Origin: an uncultured Mycobacterium sp.
GTDB lineage: Bacteria; Actinomycetota; Actinomycetes; Mycobacteriales; Mycobacteriaceae
Assembly: GCA_964463215.1 (NCBI GenBank)
Contig: CAYXBN010000005.1
Coordinates: 7,187 to 71,186 of the forward strand
Length of the DNA: 64,000 nt
Reading direction: 5' to 3'
The notes under the pieces were generated by a model. It ran no database searches and was not told the origin of the DNA. It saw only the letters and a program-made list of their open reading frames with translations. Both the position numbers and the translations under genes were made by a program. Below, piece by piece: positions 45,927 through 58,614 of the stretch (the stretch's first letter is position 1; every line of letters begins with the position of its first letter).

Positions 45927-46832
45927 CTAACTGAGGACCGCGGCGGCAATGACGGTTCCGATCCAGGCCAGAGCCAGCAATTGCAGGACCCGATCGCGCA
46001 GGGCGATGTCCTCCGGTTCGCCGGCCATCCCGCCGTCGACGTCGACCGCGTATCGCAGGATCGCGATGGTGAACGGCACCATCGAGATGACGAACCAGGA
46101 TCCGCCGGCGCCGTCCCGTTCGAAGGCCCACAGCCCGTAGCAGAGCACCACCGCGGTCGCTGACAGCGTCCAGACGAAGGTCAAGTAGGTGCTGGTGTAG
46201 TTCTCCAGGGACTTGCGGATCTTGGCGCCGGTGCGTTCGGCGAGTTGAAGTTCGGCATAGCGCTTACCAGCCGCCATGAACAGCGAACCGAACGCCATCA
46301 CCAACAGGAACCACTGCGACAGCGGGATGCCACCGGCAACGCCGCCGGCAATGGCGCGCAGCAGGAAACCCGAAGACAGGATGCAGATATCGAGGACGGC
46401 TTGGTGTTTGAGTCCGAAGCAGTAGCCGAGCTGGACAGCAAGATAAACCGCCATCACCACGGCAAGCTGCGGGGTGACCCACCAGGAGATGGCCAGACAG
46501 GCCACCGCCAGGACGGTGGCGATCCCGTAGGCCATGCCCACCGGCAGCACCCCGGCGGCAATCGGCCGGAACCGCTTGGTGGGGTGCGCGCGGTCGGCCT
46601 CGACATCGCGGGCGTCGTTGACCAGGTAGATCGACGAGGCCGCCATGCAGAACACCACGAAGGCGATCGAGACCTTGTACAGCACCGCGGTGTCGAAGTG
46701 CGCGCCGCCGCCCAGCGCCGCCAACGGAGCGGCGAAGACCAGGAGGTTCTTCACCCACTGCCGTGGCCGGACCGCTTTGATGATCCCGGCGAACAGGTTG
46801 CTCGGCGGACCGGCGACCGTCGTCTCGCTCAT
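45927..46832 (-). CDS. ubiA: Decaprenyl-phosphate phosphoribosyltransferase (Rv3806c)
   Basis: RPRQWVKN, YLVNDARDVEADRAHPTKRFRPIAAG, AGEPEDIAL. Confidence 0.95.
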   Translation of the reverse strand: MSETTVAGPPSNLFAGIIKAVRPRQWVKNLLVFAAPLAALGGGAHFDTAVLYKVSIAFVVFCMAASSIYLVNDARDVEADRAHPTKRFRPIAAGVLPVGMAYGIATVLAVACLAISWWVTPQLAVVMAVYLAVQLGYCFGLKHQAVLDICILSSGFLLRAIAGGVAGGIPLSQWFLLVMAFGSLFMAAGKRYAELQLAERTGAKIRKSLENYTSTYLTFVWTLSATAVVLCYGLWAFERDGAGGSWFVISMVPFTIAILRYAVDVDGGMAGEPEDIALRDRVLQLLALAWIGTVIAAAVLS

Positions 46833-46834
46833 GG

Positions 46835-47402
46835 TCAGTCAGTGTCCTTTCGCAAGCCCGTTTGGCTCGCCCCGAGCCGCGTGGTCGTCGTGGCGACGGC
46901 GGCGCCGACGGCCATGCCGGCGAGCACATCCGTGGGATAGTGCACCCCCAGCACGAGCCGGGACAGGGCCATCAACGGCACGGCGACCATCGGCAGCGGC
47001 GACCGGGTCGCCCGGCAGAGCAGCATAGCCGCGGCGGTCGAGGAGGTGGCGTGCGCGGACGGGAAGCTCAGCGAACTGGGGGTGGCGACGTTGACGGCGA
47101 TGTCGGGGTGATGCGGGCGGCGGCGGCGCACCGCCAGTTTGATCGCGATAGCCGCGCCGTGGGCGGCGACGGCTCCGACGCCGACCAACAGCCAGTCCCG
47201 GCGACGGCGCGGAGAGAGCACCGCACCCAGCGCCGACAGCGCCATCCACCCGGCGGCGTGTTCACCGAAGTGCGACATCGACCTTGCCACGCGCAGCACC
47301 GGCGGGGAGGCCAGCCGGGACTGCACCCCGACCAGTGCGGCGACCTCACCGGTCGGCGGCCAGGCCTCGCCGATCTGCTCGGGCGCGATCTGCTCGGCCC
47401 CG

Positions 47403-47410
<8 letters not shown>
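46835..47410 (-). CDS. PAP2-family phosphatase (Rv3807c)
   Basis: KLAVRRRRP, SFPSAH, SRLVLGVHYPTD. Confidence 0.93.
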
Positions 47411-50674
<3,264 letters not shown>

Positions 50675-50792
50675 TCACGATTCCGCATCGCCACTCCAGT
50701 CTCAGCAACCTCACTCGTAACATCAGAACCGTCGGAAGCGGAACCGATTCCCGGCCGACAACGAGGCGCTAATTCAGATTGAGGAGACTCCC

Positions 50793-51731
50793 GTGCCGAA
50801 CCAACGTCGACGCAAGATTTCGACAGCCATGAGTGCGGCTGCCGCCCTGGCCGTCGCGAGCCCGTTCGCGGTGATCGGCGTCATCCAGCTGACCTCGGGC
50901 GCGCCCGAGCACCACGAGTTCACCCGGGCCGCCGTCGTCACCGACCTGCCCAACGAGATCATGTCGGCGCTACAGGCCGGCCTGTCGCAGTTCGGGATCA
51001 ACCTCCCGCCGCTGCCGACTGGTCTGAGCCCGGCCGGAGCGCAGCCGATCCAGGCCGGACCGCTGTCCCCAGGCCTGACCACGCCCAGCCTGACGACACC
51101 CAGTTTGACCACGCCCAGTTTGACCACGCCCAGCCTGACGACGCCGGGGCTCACCACTCCGGGCCTCACCACTCCGGGCCTGACCACTCCCGGTCTTACG
51201 ACTCCCGGTCTTACGGCGCCGGGTCTCACGACTCCGGGCCTGACCACTCCGGGGCTCACAACCCCGGGGGCCGCGCCGGCGACGATCCCGTCGCTGACCG
51301 ATCCGGCGCTGTCCAACCCCGGGCTGACCACACCCCAGATCGGACTGGACCCGGGATTGACCAGCCCGACCGGCATCGGTCTGCCGACCGAGTTGCCGAT
51401 CAGCACGCCACTGGCCCCGCCGGTGGGCACCTATCCGATCCTGGGTGACCCCGCAATCGGACTGCCCGCCGCACCGGCCCCCGCCTCCACCGGCATCATC
51501 GGCGACCTCAGCAGCGCCGCCAACCAACTCGGCGTCGGCCAGGCGATCGACCTGCTCAAGGGCGTCGTCGTGCCGGGCATCCAGCAGGCCATGCAGAACG
51601 CCGGGCCCGCCGCGGCCGCCGCGCCTGCAGTCGAAGCTGCCGCGGCACCCGCGGTGGAGGCAGCCGGGGCTGTCGCCGCACCCGCGGTCGAGGCTGCCGG
51701 GGCCATCGCCCCGGCTATCCCGGTGGGCTGA
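50793..51731 (+). CDS. erp: Exported repetitive protein Erp/PirG
   Basis: MPNQRRRKISTAMSAAAALAVASP, VTDLPNEIMSAL, P(G/S)LTT repeats, QAIDLLKG. Confidence 0.93.
   Translation: MPNQRRRKISTAMSAAAALAVASPFAVIGVIQLTSGAPEHHEFTRAAVVTDLPNEIMSALQAGLSQFGINLPPLPTGLSPAGAQPIQAGPLSPGLTTPSLTTPSLTTPSLTTPSLTTPGLTTPGLTTPGLTTPGLTTPGLTAPGLTTPGLTTPGLTTPGAAPATIPSLTDPALSNPGLTTPQIGLDPGLTSPTGIGLPTELPISTPLAPPVGTYPILGDPAIGLPAAPAPASTGIIGDLSSAANQLGVGQAIDLLKGVVVPGIQQAMQNAGPAAAAAPAVEAAAAPAVEAAGAVAAPAVEAAGAIAPAIPVG
51069..51269 (+). repeat. Coding 15-bp tandem repeat, 13 contiguous P(G/S)LT(T/A) units in erp
   Basis: Read from the translation and the DNA. Confidence 0.9.
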
Positions 51732-51778
51732 GGCCACTAGCTGCGACAAGACACCAAGCTCCGACAGCTTGCACCGAG

Positions 51779-51814
51779 ACGGCACCGCAGGGTGAGAGGC
51801 CCCTGCGGTGCCGT
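51779..51814 (+). terminator. GC-rich hairpin downstream of erp
   Basis: Perfect 14-bp arms ACGGCACCGCAGGG / CCCTGCGGTGCCGT with an 8-nt loop. Confidence 0.7.
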
Positions 51815-51905
51815 TGCGTGCACATAGGTCACAGCCTTCTCAATAGTGAGCAATTGTCCGTGTCGCAACGCTGGCATCACATAGCTCATACGTAACATCA
51901 GCGCT

Positions 51906-53528
51906 GTGCCGTCCCGCCCAGCACCGACGATTCTGTACACCGCGATCGCGGCGACGGTGCTCGTGGCGCCCCTGGCCATCAACGGCATTCCGGACTTCGG
52001 CCGGCGTGACCCCGTCCGGGCCGAGGACACCGTTCTTGTCCAGCAGCCATTAGCCGGGGTCGGCGGTGGCGAGACCATCCGGGAGATCAGTCAGGCCACG
52101 CCGTTCTCGATGGTGGCGCTGACCGGGACGGATCTGACCGGAACGACCGCGCGGGTGCGCGCGAAGCAACCCGACGGATCGTGGGGACCCTGGTACGACA
52201 GTCACGCCATGCACGTCGCCGATCAGCACGGCGGCGGCGTGCGCGGTCACGACCCGATTTACGTCGGCGAGACGACCGCTGTACAGATCGCGGTCAACCG
52301 CCCGGCCGACGCAGCGGTCACCACCGCGCCACCGGAGAGCGGTCTGGACGCCGGCCGCGATCTCGGTTACGTCCCAGCCAACGCCGAACGGTCGCTGACA
52401 CAGAACATGTCCGCCGTGTTGATCTCCCCGCCGAAGGCTCCCGTTGACCGGCAGTGGACGCCTCCGACGGCGACGCTGGGTCCGGGCCAGCCGCCGAGCA
52501 TCATCAGCCGGGCCGAGTGGGGAGCCGGGTCGGGAATGCGCTGCGGGGGGCCCTTGTACGGCCCGGGGCTGCGCGCGGCGGTGGTGCACCACACCGCTAC
52601 CGGCAACAACTACGCCCCGGAGGACTCCGCGGCCATCATGCGGTCGATTTACGCTTACCACACCCTGACCTTGGGATGGTGCGACATCGCCTACAACGCC
52701 CTGGTGGACAAGTACGGTCAGGTCTTCGAAGGCCGGGCCGGCGGAATCACTAAGGACGTCATGGGCTCTCACACCGGCGGTTTCAACCAGGACGTCTGGG
52801 GGGTGTCGCTGATCGGTGACTTCCAGGACGAAGCCCCGCCGGACATCATGGTCAAGACGGCCGGGCGGCTCATCGGGTGGCGGTTGAGCCTCGATGAGGT
52901 CGACCCGGAGGGCAAGGTCAAGCTGATGTCCGCCGGCGGCATGCACACGGTGGTTCCCGGCGGGCAGGTCGTCACACTGCCGGACATCTTCGCCCATCGG
53001 GATGTGGGTATCACCGAATGCCCGGGTGACGCGGCGTACGCCATGCTCGACGAAATCCGAAAGCTGGCAGCAGCTTTCAACGGACCGCCCGACGTCACCG
53101 AGTCCCTGCAGGGCGGGGCGATCCTGGCCCGATGGGAGGCCGACGGCGGCGAGAAAAGTGCGCTGGGCAAACCTACCTCACCGGAGGCCGCTGCCAACGG
53201 CGAAGCCCGCTACGCGACCTTCGAGCGTGGCGCGATGTACTGGTCGCCGGAGACCGGTGCCCAACCTCTGACCGGCGCGATCTATGCCGCGTGGGCGTCG
53301 CTGGGCTATGAGCGTGGGGCGCTAGGACTTCCGACCAGTGGCGAGATCGCCGAACCGCAGTGGATCGTGCAGAACTTCCAGCACGGCACCCTGAACTTCG
53401 ACCGCGCCACCCGCAACGTGGTGCGCGTGATCGACGGGGTGTCGTTGGTGTTGCCGCCTCCGCCGGTGGACGGGCCACCCACGCAGTTGGAGCGGTTCAG
53501 TCGGGTCGTCCAGACCGGCGGGTCGTAG
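51906..53528 (+). CDS. N-acetylmuramoyl-L-alanine amidase (PGRP-like) with LGFP repeats (Rv3811-like)
   Basis: VVHHTA, LGWCDIAYN, FAHRDVGITECPG, LGYERGALGLPTS; TAACAT -10-like box 7 nt before the GTG. Confidence 0.93.
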   Translation: MPSRPAPTILYTAIAATVLVAPLAINGIPDFGRRDPVRAEDTVLVQQPLAGVGGGETIREISQATPFSMVALTGTDLTGTTARVRAKQPDGSWGPWYDSHAMHVADQHGGGVRGHDPIYVGETTAVQIAVNRPADAAVTTAPPESGLDAGRDLGYVPANAERSLTQNMSAVLISPPKAPVDRQWTPPTATLGPGQPPSIISRAEWGAGSGMRCGGPLYGPGLRAAVVHHTATGNNYAPEDSAAIMRSIYAYHTLTLGWCDIAYNALVDKYGQVFEGRAGGITKDVMGSHTGGFNQDVWGVSLIGDFQDEAPPDIMVKTAGRLIGWRLSLDEVDPEGKVKLMSAGGMHTVVPGGQVVTLPDIFAHRDVGITECPGDAAYAMLDEIRKLAAAFNGPPDVTESLQGGAILARWEADGGEKSALGKPTSPEAAANGEARYATFERGAMYWSPETGAQPLTGAIYAAWASLGYERGALGLPTSGEIAEPQWIVQNFQHGTLNFDRATRNVVRVIDGVSLVLPPPPVDGPPTQLERFSRVVQTGGS

Positions 53529-53540
53529 AACCAGGAACCC

Positions 53541-55400
53541 CTAGAGCGTGATCGGGACGTGCTTCTCCTGACAGGCGTCAGCCACCGCCGCCAGGATGTC
53601 CTGGGCACGCAGTGTCTCCAGATCGGCGATGGTAACCGATCCGCGGTCAGTGCGGTTCTGCGCAGCGACTCGTGAATCACGGAGCCGTTCAGCGCGTTCC
53701 ACCACATTGCGGGCGAACCGGCCGTTCTGCATCAAGTCGATACCGTGTATTCCCTCGGGAGTGAGGTAGCCGCGCAGTTCCTGGCAGGCGACGTTGAGGG
53801 CTTCCCGCGCCTGCACGTCCAGCACGGTCGCGCGGGGACCGCCGTAGCGGACCGCGATCTCGACAAGATCCTGCGGGCCGTAGGACTCGAACCGCAGCTT
53901 GCGGTTGAAACGCCCTGCCAGACCGGGGTTTACCTGCATGAACTCGTCGACTTCCCGTTCGTATCCTGCTCCGATGAAGCAGAAGTCGAAGCGGTGCACC
54001 TCCAGGGCGATCATGAGTTGGTTTACGGATTCCATCCCGATCATATCGGGCCGGCCGTCATGGTGACGCTCCACCAGTGAATACATCTCATCGAAGAAGA
54101 GGATTCGCCCGAGTGAACGAGCAATCAGCTCATTGGTTTTCGGACCGGACGAACCGATGTGTTCACCGCAGAAATCCGAACGTCTGACTTCGATGATCTC
54201 CGGGTTTGCGACGATACCCAACCCTGCGAAGATCTTGCCCAGCGCCTCAGCTGTCGTGGTCTTACCCGTTCCGGGCGGCCCAACGAGGAGTAGGTGATTG
54301 GTCTGGCTGGCCACCGGTAGTCCGTGCGCCAATCTCAGGGCACGCACCTCGATCTGATCCTCGATTTCGGCGACTGCACGCTTGACTTCGGCGAGACCCA
54401 CCTGGTTGTTCAGTAGAGCCCGGCCCTCAGCCAAGAGTTCAGCTCGGCGCTCCCTATTATCCTCCTCGGCGCGAGCGGCCTCAGTCAGTTCGGTGGTTAC
54501 GTCCCACTTATTGCTCCGACTGTTGATCGACTCCTCGTCGGTGACGACTAACTGCACCCGGGGGTCGCCCAGTGCTTCTTTGGCAGGCCCAATCAACACG
54601 CCGTTGACGGCGGCCTTAGACAACCACACCTGTGCGGCAGGCTCGTCGGCGAGTTGGCGGTGTGCCATCCCGCGCACGTAGGCCAAATCGGCTGCGATCA
54701 GCGGGAACTCAATAGGATCAATAACAGCGACAACGGTGTCCAGCAGGCTGCGCCGGATCGTCGTCGATCCTGATGGGTGAGATCTGAGTTCGACTCGGTC
54801 GGCCCAGTCCAGGGCGACTCGGGCCTGGCCCAGGTGGGCGGCGGCGTGCGCCGCCAACGCGTTGGTACCCGCCGTCACTGCTGTCATGATCAACGCCTGT
54901 GGCGGCAACACCCGGGCTGCTTCGGCGATGACGTCGGGCCAGCGTTGGGTGGCGTACATCATGAAGGCACGTACGTACTGTCGCCACTGATGGTTTTCCC
55001 AGCCGTCCAGCAATGCGGGATCGTCCAGCATCTGCTCAGCCTTCTCGAACTGCTTGGCATCCACCAAAGCGCTGGCCAATGCAATCCCGACGTGAGAGGC
55101 CTCCGTCACCGTGATCGAGAGGTAGGGCCCGGCCTTGGCAGGCGCGGCCAGTGTGATTCCTAAGCGATTGGTTTCGCGGTGCAGGCGGGAACCGAAGGCG
55201 TACAACTGCTCGAGGGTTTCTAGACCCTCGTCACCGGCGGCGATCCTTCCCAACCACGCGTCGGCCATCGTGGGATCGATCTCGGTTGCCTCGCGAAACA
55301 TTCGGCGAGCCGCGGAGGGCTCGGTCTCCAGGACTGACATAGCCTGGTTGAACTGTCGTCTAGCAACGACATTGGACGCACCCCCCACCCTGGATGTCAT
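53541..55400 (-). CDS. eccA2: Type VII secretion AAA+ ATPase EccA (ESX-2-like)
   Basis: TPR-like N-terminus (DPTMADAWLGRIAAGD, TQRWPDV), GPPGTGKT, ILFFDEMYSL, NPGLAGRF. Confidence 0.93.
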   Translation of the reverse strand: MTSRVGGASNVVARRQFNQAMSVLETEPSAARRMFREATEIDPTMADAWLGRIAAGDEGLETLEQLYAFGSRLHRETNRLGITLAAPAKAGPYLSITVTEASHVGIALASALVDAKQFEKAEQMLDDPALLDGWENHQWRQYVRAFMMYATQRWPDVIAEAARVLPPQALIMTAVTAGTNALAAHAAAHLGQARVALDWADRVELRSHPSGSTTIRRSLLDTVVAVIDPIEFPLIAADLAYVRGMAHRQLADEPAAQVWLSKAAVNGVLIGPAKEALGDPRVQLVVTDEESINSRSNKWDVTTELTEAARAEEDNRERRAELLAEGRALLNNQVGLAEVKRAVAEIEDQIEVRALRLAHGLPVASQTNHLLLVGPPGTGKTTTAEALGKIFAGLGIVANPEIIEVRRSDFCGEHIGSSGPKTNELIARSLGRILFFDEMYSLVERHHDGRPDMIGMESVNQLMIALEVHRFDFCFIGAGYEREVDEFMQVNPGLAGRFNRKLRFESYGPQDLVEIAVRYGGPRATVLDVQAREALNVACQELRGYLTPEGIHGIDLMQNGRFARNVVERAERLRDSRVAAQNRTDRGSVTIADLETLRAQDILAAVADACQEKHVPITL

Positions 55401-55402
55401 CG

Positions 55403-56944
55403 TTACTCCGCGAACTCAAGTTCGGTAGCTCTGAGGTCGAACTCCGTGGGGGCGCGGGACACGTAAAGGTTCTCGGCTCGGAAGAACTCCACTTGAACCT
55501 GGTGAGTCCGACCCGCCGCGGTCACCTCGACGGTGTCCGGACCAATCTGGGTCACTAGCACATCAACCGAAGAGGGCACCGACGCACCGGCGGCGCCCAC
55601 TGAGATTATCGTCGTCGGCCGCGGGGCGGGCGGGACGGATCCATCGGTCACGCTCACCGTGCTCCCAGAAGCTGGTCGAGGATGTTCGATCACGGCGACA
55701 TACGGCATCCGCACGGTCTCCCAGCGTTGTAGGTCGTTGGTGTGCAGGGTGATCCGCTCACCGGTTGCCGCCGTTCGGATGATGATTCGCTTGGCGATCG
55801 CGTCCTCGGCCGCAATGTGGACACGGCTCGGCTCCCCCGGATCGCCGAACGGAATTGCCAGTCTGTCACCACTCGCGCTCTTACCCAGGAGAACGCCAGA
55901 CGGTCCTACCGGAACCATCAACGAAGCTGGCATCGGTCCATCATCCACTCTGCGAAGCCGCGGCCGCGGAGCACACAGACAGGCCGCGACAGCTTGCCCT
56001 TGCTCTCCGGGAAGTGCCTGCAGTACAACGCTGGGGGGTGTGGTCGGCGGTTGCGCCGTGCGTACCGTGACCGTTGCAGAGACCAGGCCATTCGACGACA
56101 CAGTGATGTTTTGTGTGATGCCGTCCGCCCGCAGTGACCAAGCTTGTGCCAGCGTATCGGCGTTGATGTCTGAGGGTCGGTAGGCGTAGGTGGTCTGCCA
56201 GCCGGCGTCGCCGCGAACGCTGTTCCATCGCCGGTTGCGCTGCTCCAATGCGCTTCGGCCCAGTCGGCGTTCCAGTTCGGAAATGTCGGCAGCGGTGGCC
56301 ACCTTCGCGCGAATACCTTTGCAACGGAGTGTCATGGCGACACTCTGGGCGGCTGCGACGGAAGCGGCGCCGACCGTCGAGCGGCAGCGAAGCGCCTCGC
56401 TGTTATCCAGCGCTCGGATTCGGAGCACGAGCCAGGTCTCGCGCTGGCCTGCGTACGGAGGGGTGCCGACCAAGGTGTCGTAAACCCGCGGGTAGTCGCC
56501 GGTAGGGCGTCGCCGCGCACCTGCACTGATCACCGATATCGAATCAAGAGTTAGTCCCAGACTTTGCCGCATGAGCGGGATGAGGTCAGCGACATCAAGG
56601 CTGTTCGTTGTCTGAGTTGACGTTGAGCCGGTGAAATACGTTGCTTGATATGGTCTTCCGAGGATTTGCACGGCGGTGATGGCGATCCCGTCCTGGTAAC
56701 GCACGCCGCCGCCGGAACGGTCGTTGACCTCGGTCACCGGATCGATCAGTGTGAAGGGCCGATTGCGCCGGAAATAGAGATCGAGCCAGGACCACAGCGG
56801 TTCCCCCCGCCAGCGCATGACCCCGGTGAGTAATCCGAAGGTGGCGCCTACTCCTGCACCGGTGTATCCGCCTACTGCCCATCCGACCGTCGCCAGGGTG
56901 GACACTGCGGCCACTACGACAAGCCTGATCAGATCTCGCATCAC
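55403..56944 (-). CDS. eccE2: Type VII secretion protein EccE (ESX-2-like)
   Basis: Two N-terminal TM segments, RSGGGVRYQDG, GTPPYAGQRETWL, GPSGVLLG. Confidence 0.88.
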   Translation of the reverse strand: MMRDLIRLVVVAAVSTLATVGWAVGGYTGAGVGATFGLLTGVMRWRGEPLWSWLDLYFRRNRPFTLIDPVTEVNDRSGGGVRYQDGIAITAVQILGRPYQATYFTGSTSTQTTNSLDVADLIPLMRQSLGLTLDSISVISAGARRRPTGDYPRVYDTLVGTPPYAGQRETWLVLRIRALDNSEALRCRSTVGAASVAAAQSVAMTLRCKGIRAKVATAADISELERRLGRSALEQRNRRWNSVRGDAGWQTTYAYRPSDINADTLAQAWSLRADGITQNITVSSNGLVSATVTVRTAQPPTTPPSVVLQALPGEQGQAVAACLCAPRPRLRRVDDGPMPASLMVPVGPSGVLLGKSASGDRLAIPFGDPGEPSRVHIAAEDAIAKRIIIRTAATGERITLHTNDLQRWETVRMPYVAVIEHPRPASGSTVSVTDGSVPPAPRPTTIISVGAAGASVPSSVDVLVTQIGPDTVEVTAAGRTHQVQVEFFRAENLYVSRAPTEFDLRATELEFAE

Positions 56945-58614
56945 GGTCTCCTGGCTCTGCCGACCAGACCGGTCACGATCGCCCCGACAGCTATCAACCC
57001 GGCAAAAACGACGGCGAAGTTGCGGGCACGGTGGTCGGGCGGTGCTGGCGGAGGAGCAGGGGTCAGCACCCTGGTCTGAGCCTCCGGGGAGACCCGGTCA
57101 CCTTCCGGTACGTCGAAGGTCAGGGCCGCAACCGGATCCACCACGCCGTAGCCAACCTGGTTGTCAACGCCGCGCGGCGGGTTGTGAGCGGTCTGCAAGA
57201 TCCGGTTGATGACCTGATGTGCGGTGAGGTTCGGATACTTGGCGCGAACCAATGCCGCAACGCCGCTGACGTATGCAGCCGAAAAGCTGTTTCCCCAGAA
57301 CGGGATTGCCTTCTCGCCGGGTCGCAGTGGCGGGTAGGCGTTGACTGGACCGCCGGTCTGCGGTGACAGGCCCATGATCGCCACTCCCGGCGCGGCGATG
57401 TCAACCCACGGCCCAGCCAGGCTTTTGCTCAGCGGCGCTCCGGTGCTATCCACGGCACCAACGGACAGCACGTAGTCGGAGAACCAGGACGGCGACGAGA
57501 CCGTCTTCACGTTCCGCCAGTCGCGGGGGTCCTCGGCGTCCAGCGGATCAAACGTCGGGTTCTGGACGCAACCGTCCTCGCCTTCATTGCCGGCGGCAGC
57601 GACAACGACGGAATCCTTGACTGTCGCTGCGTACCACACAGCGGCTCCTATCGATCGCTGATCGAGTGGGTCGGCGGCTGAAACGCAAGCTGTGACGCTG
57701 ACATTGATGACTTGGGCGCCCATGTTGGCCGCATGGACTATTGCGCGAGCCAGCGTCGAGACAGTGCCCGCTTTTCGGCGCGCCTCGATGTCTCCGCCAG
57801 CGCCATCCACGTAGGGGCTCTCCGGCTCGAAGGCACGCGAAGATTGCCGAACTGAGATCACGACTGCATGCGGTGCCACACCGGCCACCCCGTCGGGTGC
57901 CCCTGCCGGCGGCGGCGGAACTTCGGGTACCTCGGGGCCGGCCGGATCCCCCGGCGCGTTGAAGGGTTGATCACCGGCCTGGGGGGCCACCGGAGGTTGA
58001 TCGGCGGGTGGCGGCACCGCCGATGGTTGATCGGCGGGGGCCAACGGATCTGCCTGCGGTGGGCCCGGCGGCGGGGGCGCATCGGGACTGGGGTTGGGAG
58101 GAGGCGGAGGCAGGGGGCCAACCGGCGGCCCTCCGGCAGGCGGCGGGAACGCCGGGACGGGCGGCATCGGAGCCGGCATCGGCACTCCCATTGGCGCCGC
58201 GGAGATCAGCGAGGCCACCACCGTGCCATGGGCGTCGCAGTCGGACAGGCCGTCGCCTCCCATGATGTAGTCGCCACCAGGAATGACCGGAAGTCGCGGA
58301 CTCGGGTTTACCCCGGTGTCGATGACCGCCACCGCTACACCGTTTCCGGTTGAGTACTGCCAAGCTCTGTTGAGGTTCAACATGGTGAAACCGGGAGCTG
58401 GAAGACCGACATTCGGCTCGGCGACGGTGATCGCTCGGGCACAGAAGTTGCTCTGACGCATCGGCTGTTCTGGTCCCGGTACGCCGTCGAGAGGAACAAC
58501 AGCCGGATCGACCGATGGTGGTTGGATCGCAACCGCCATCGGCGCGTTGGACAGTGTTCCCGTCAGCAGAACCACCATGGTCAGTGCCAGGATTCGCGTA
58601 CTTTCCCGGGTCAT
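56941..58614 (-). CDS. mycP2: Mycosin subtilisin-like protease (MycP2-like)
   Basis: Signal peptide, VAVIDTG (Asp), DCDAHGT (His), GNSFSAAYVSG (Ser), Pro-rich insert, C-terminal TM; ATGA overlap with eccD. Confidence 0.93.
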   Translation of the reverse strand: MTRESTRILALTMVVLLTGTLSNAPMAVAIQPPSVDPAVVPLDGVPGPEQPMRQSNFCARAITVAEPNVGLPAPGFTMLNLNRAWQYSTGNGVAVAVIDTGVNPSPRLPVIPGGDYIMGGDGLSDCDAHGTVVASLISAAPMGVPMPAPMPPVPAFPPPAGGPPVGPLPPPPPNPSPDAPPPPGPPQADPLAPADQPSAVPPPADQPPVAPQAGDQPFNAPGDPAGPEVPEVPPPPAGAPDGVAGVAPHAVVISVRQSSRAFEPESPYVDGAGGDIEARRKAGTVSTLARAIVHAANMGAQVINVSVTACVSAADPLDQRSIGAAVWYAATVKDSVVVAAAGNEGEDGCVQNPTFDPLDAEDPRDWRNVKTVSSPSWFSDYVLSVGAVDSTGAPLSKSLAGPWVDIAAPGVAIMGLSPQTGGPVNAYPPLRPGEKAIPFWGNSFSAAYVSGVAALVRAKYPNLTAHQVINRILQTAHNPPRGVDNQVGYGVVDPVAALTFDVPEGDRVSPEAQTRVLTPAPPPAPPDHRARNFAVVFAGLIAVGAIVTGLVGRARRP

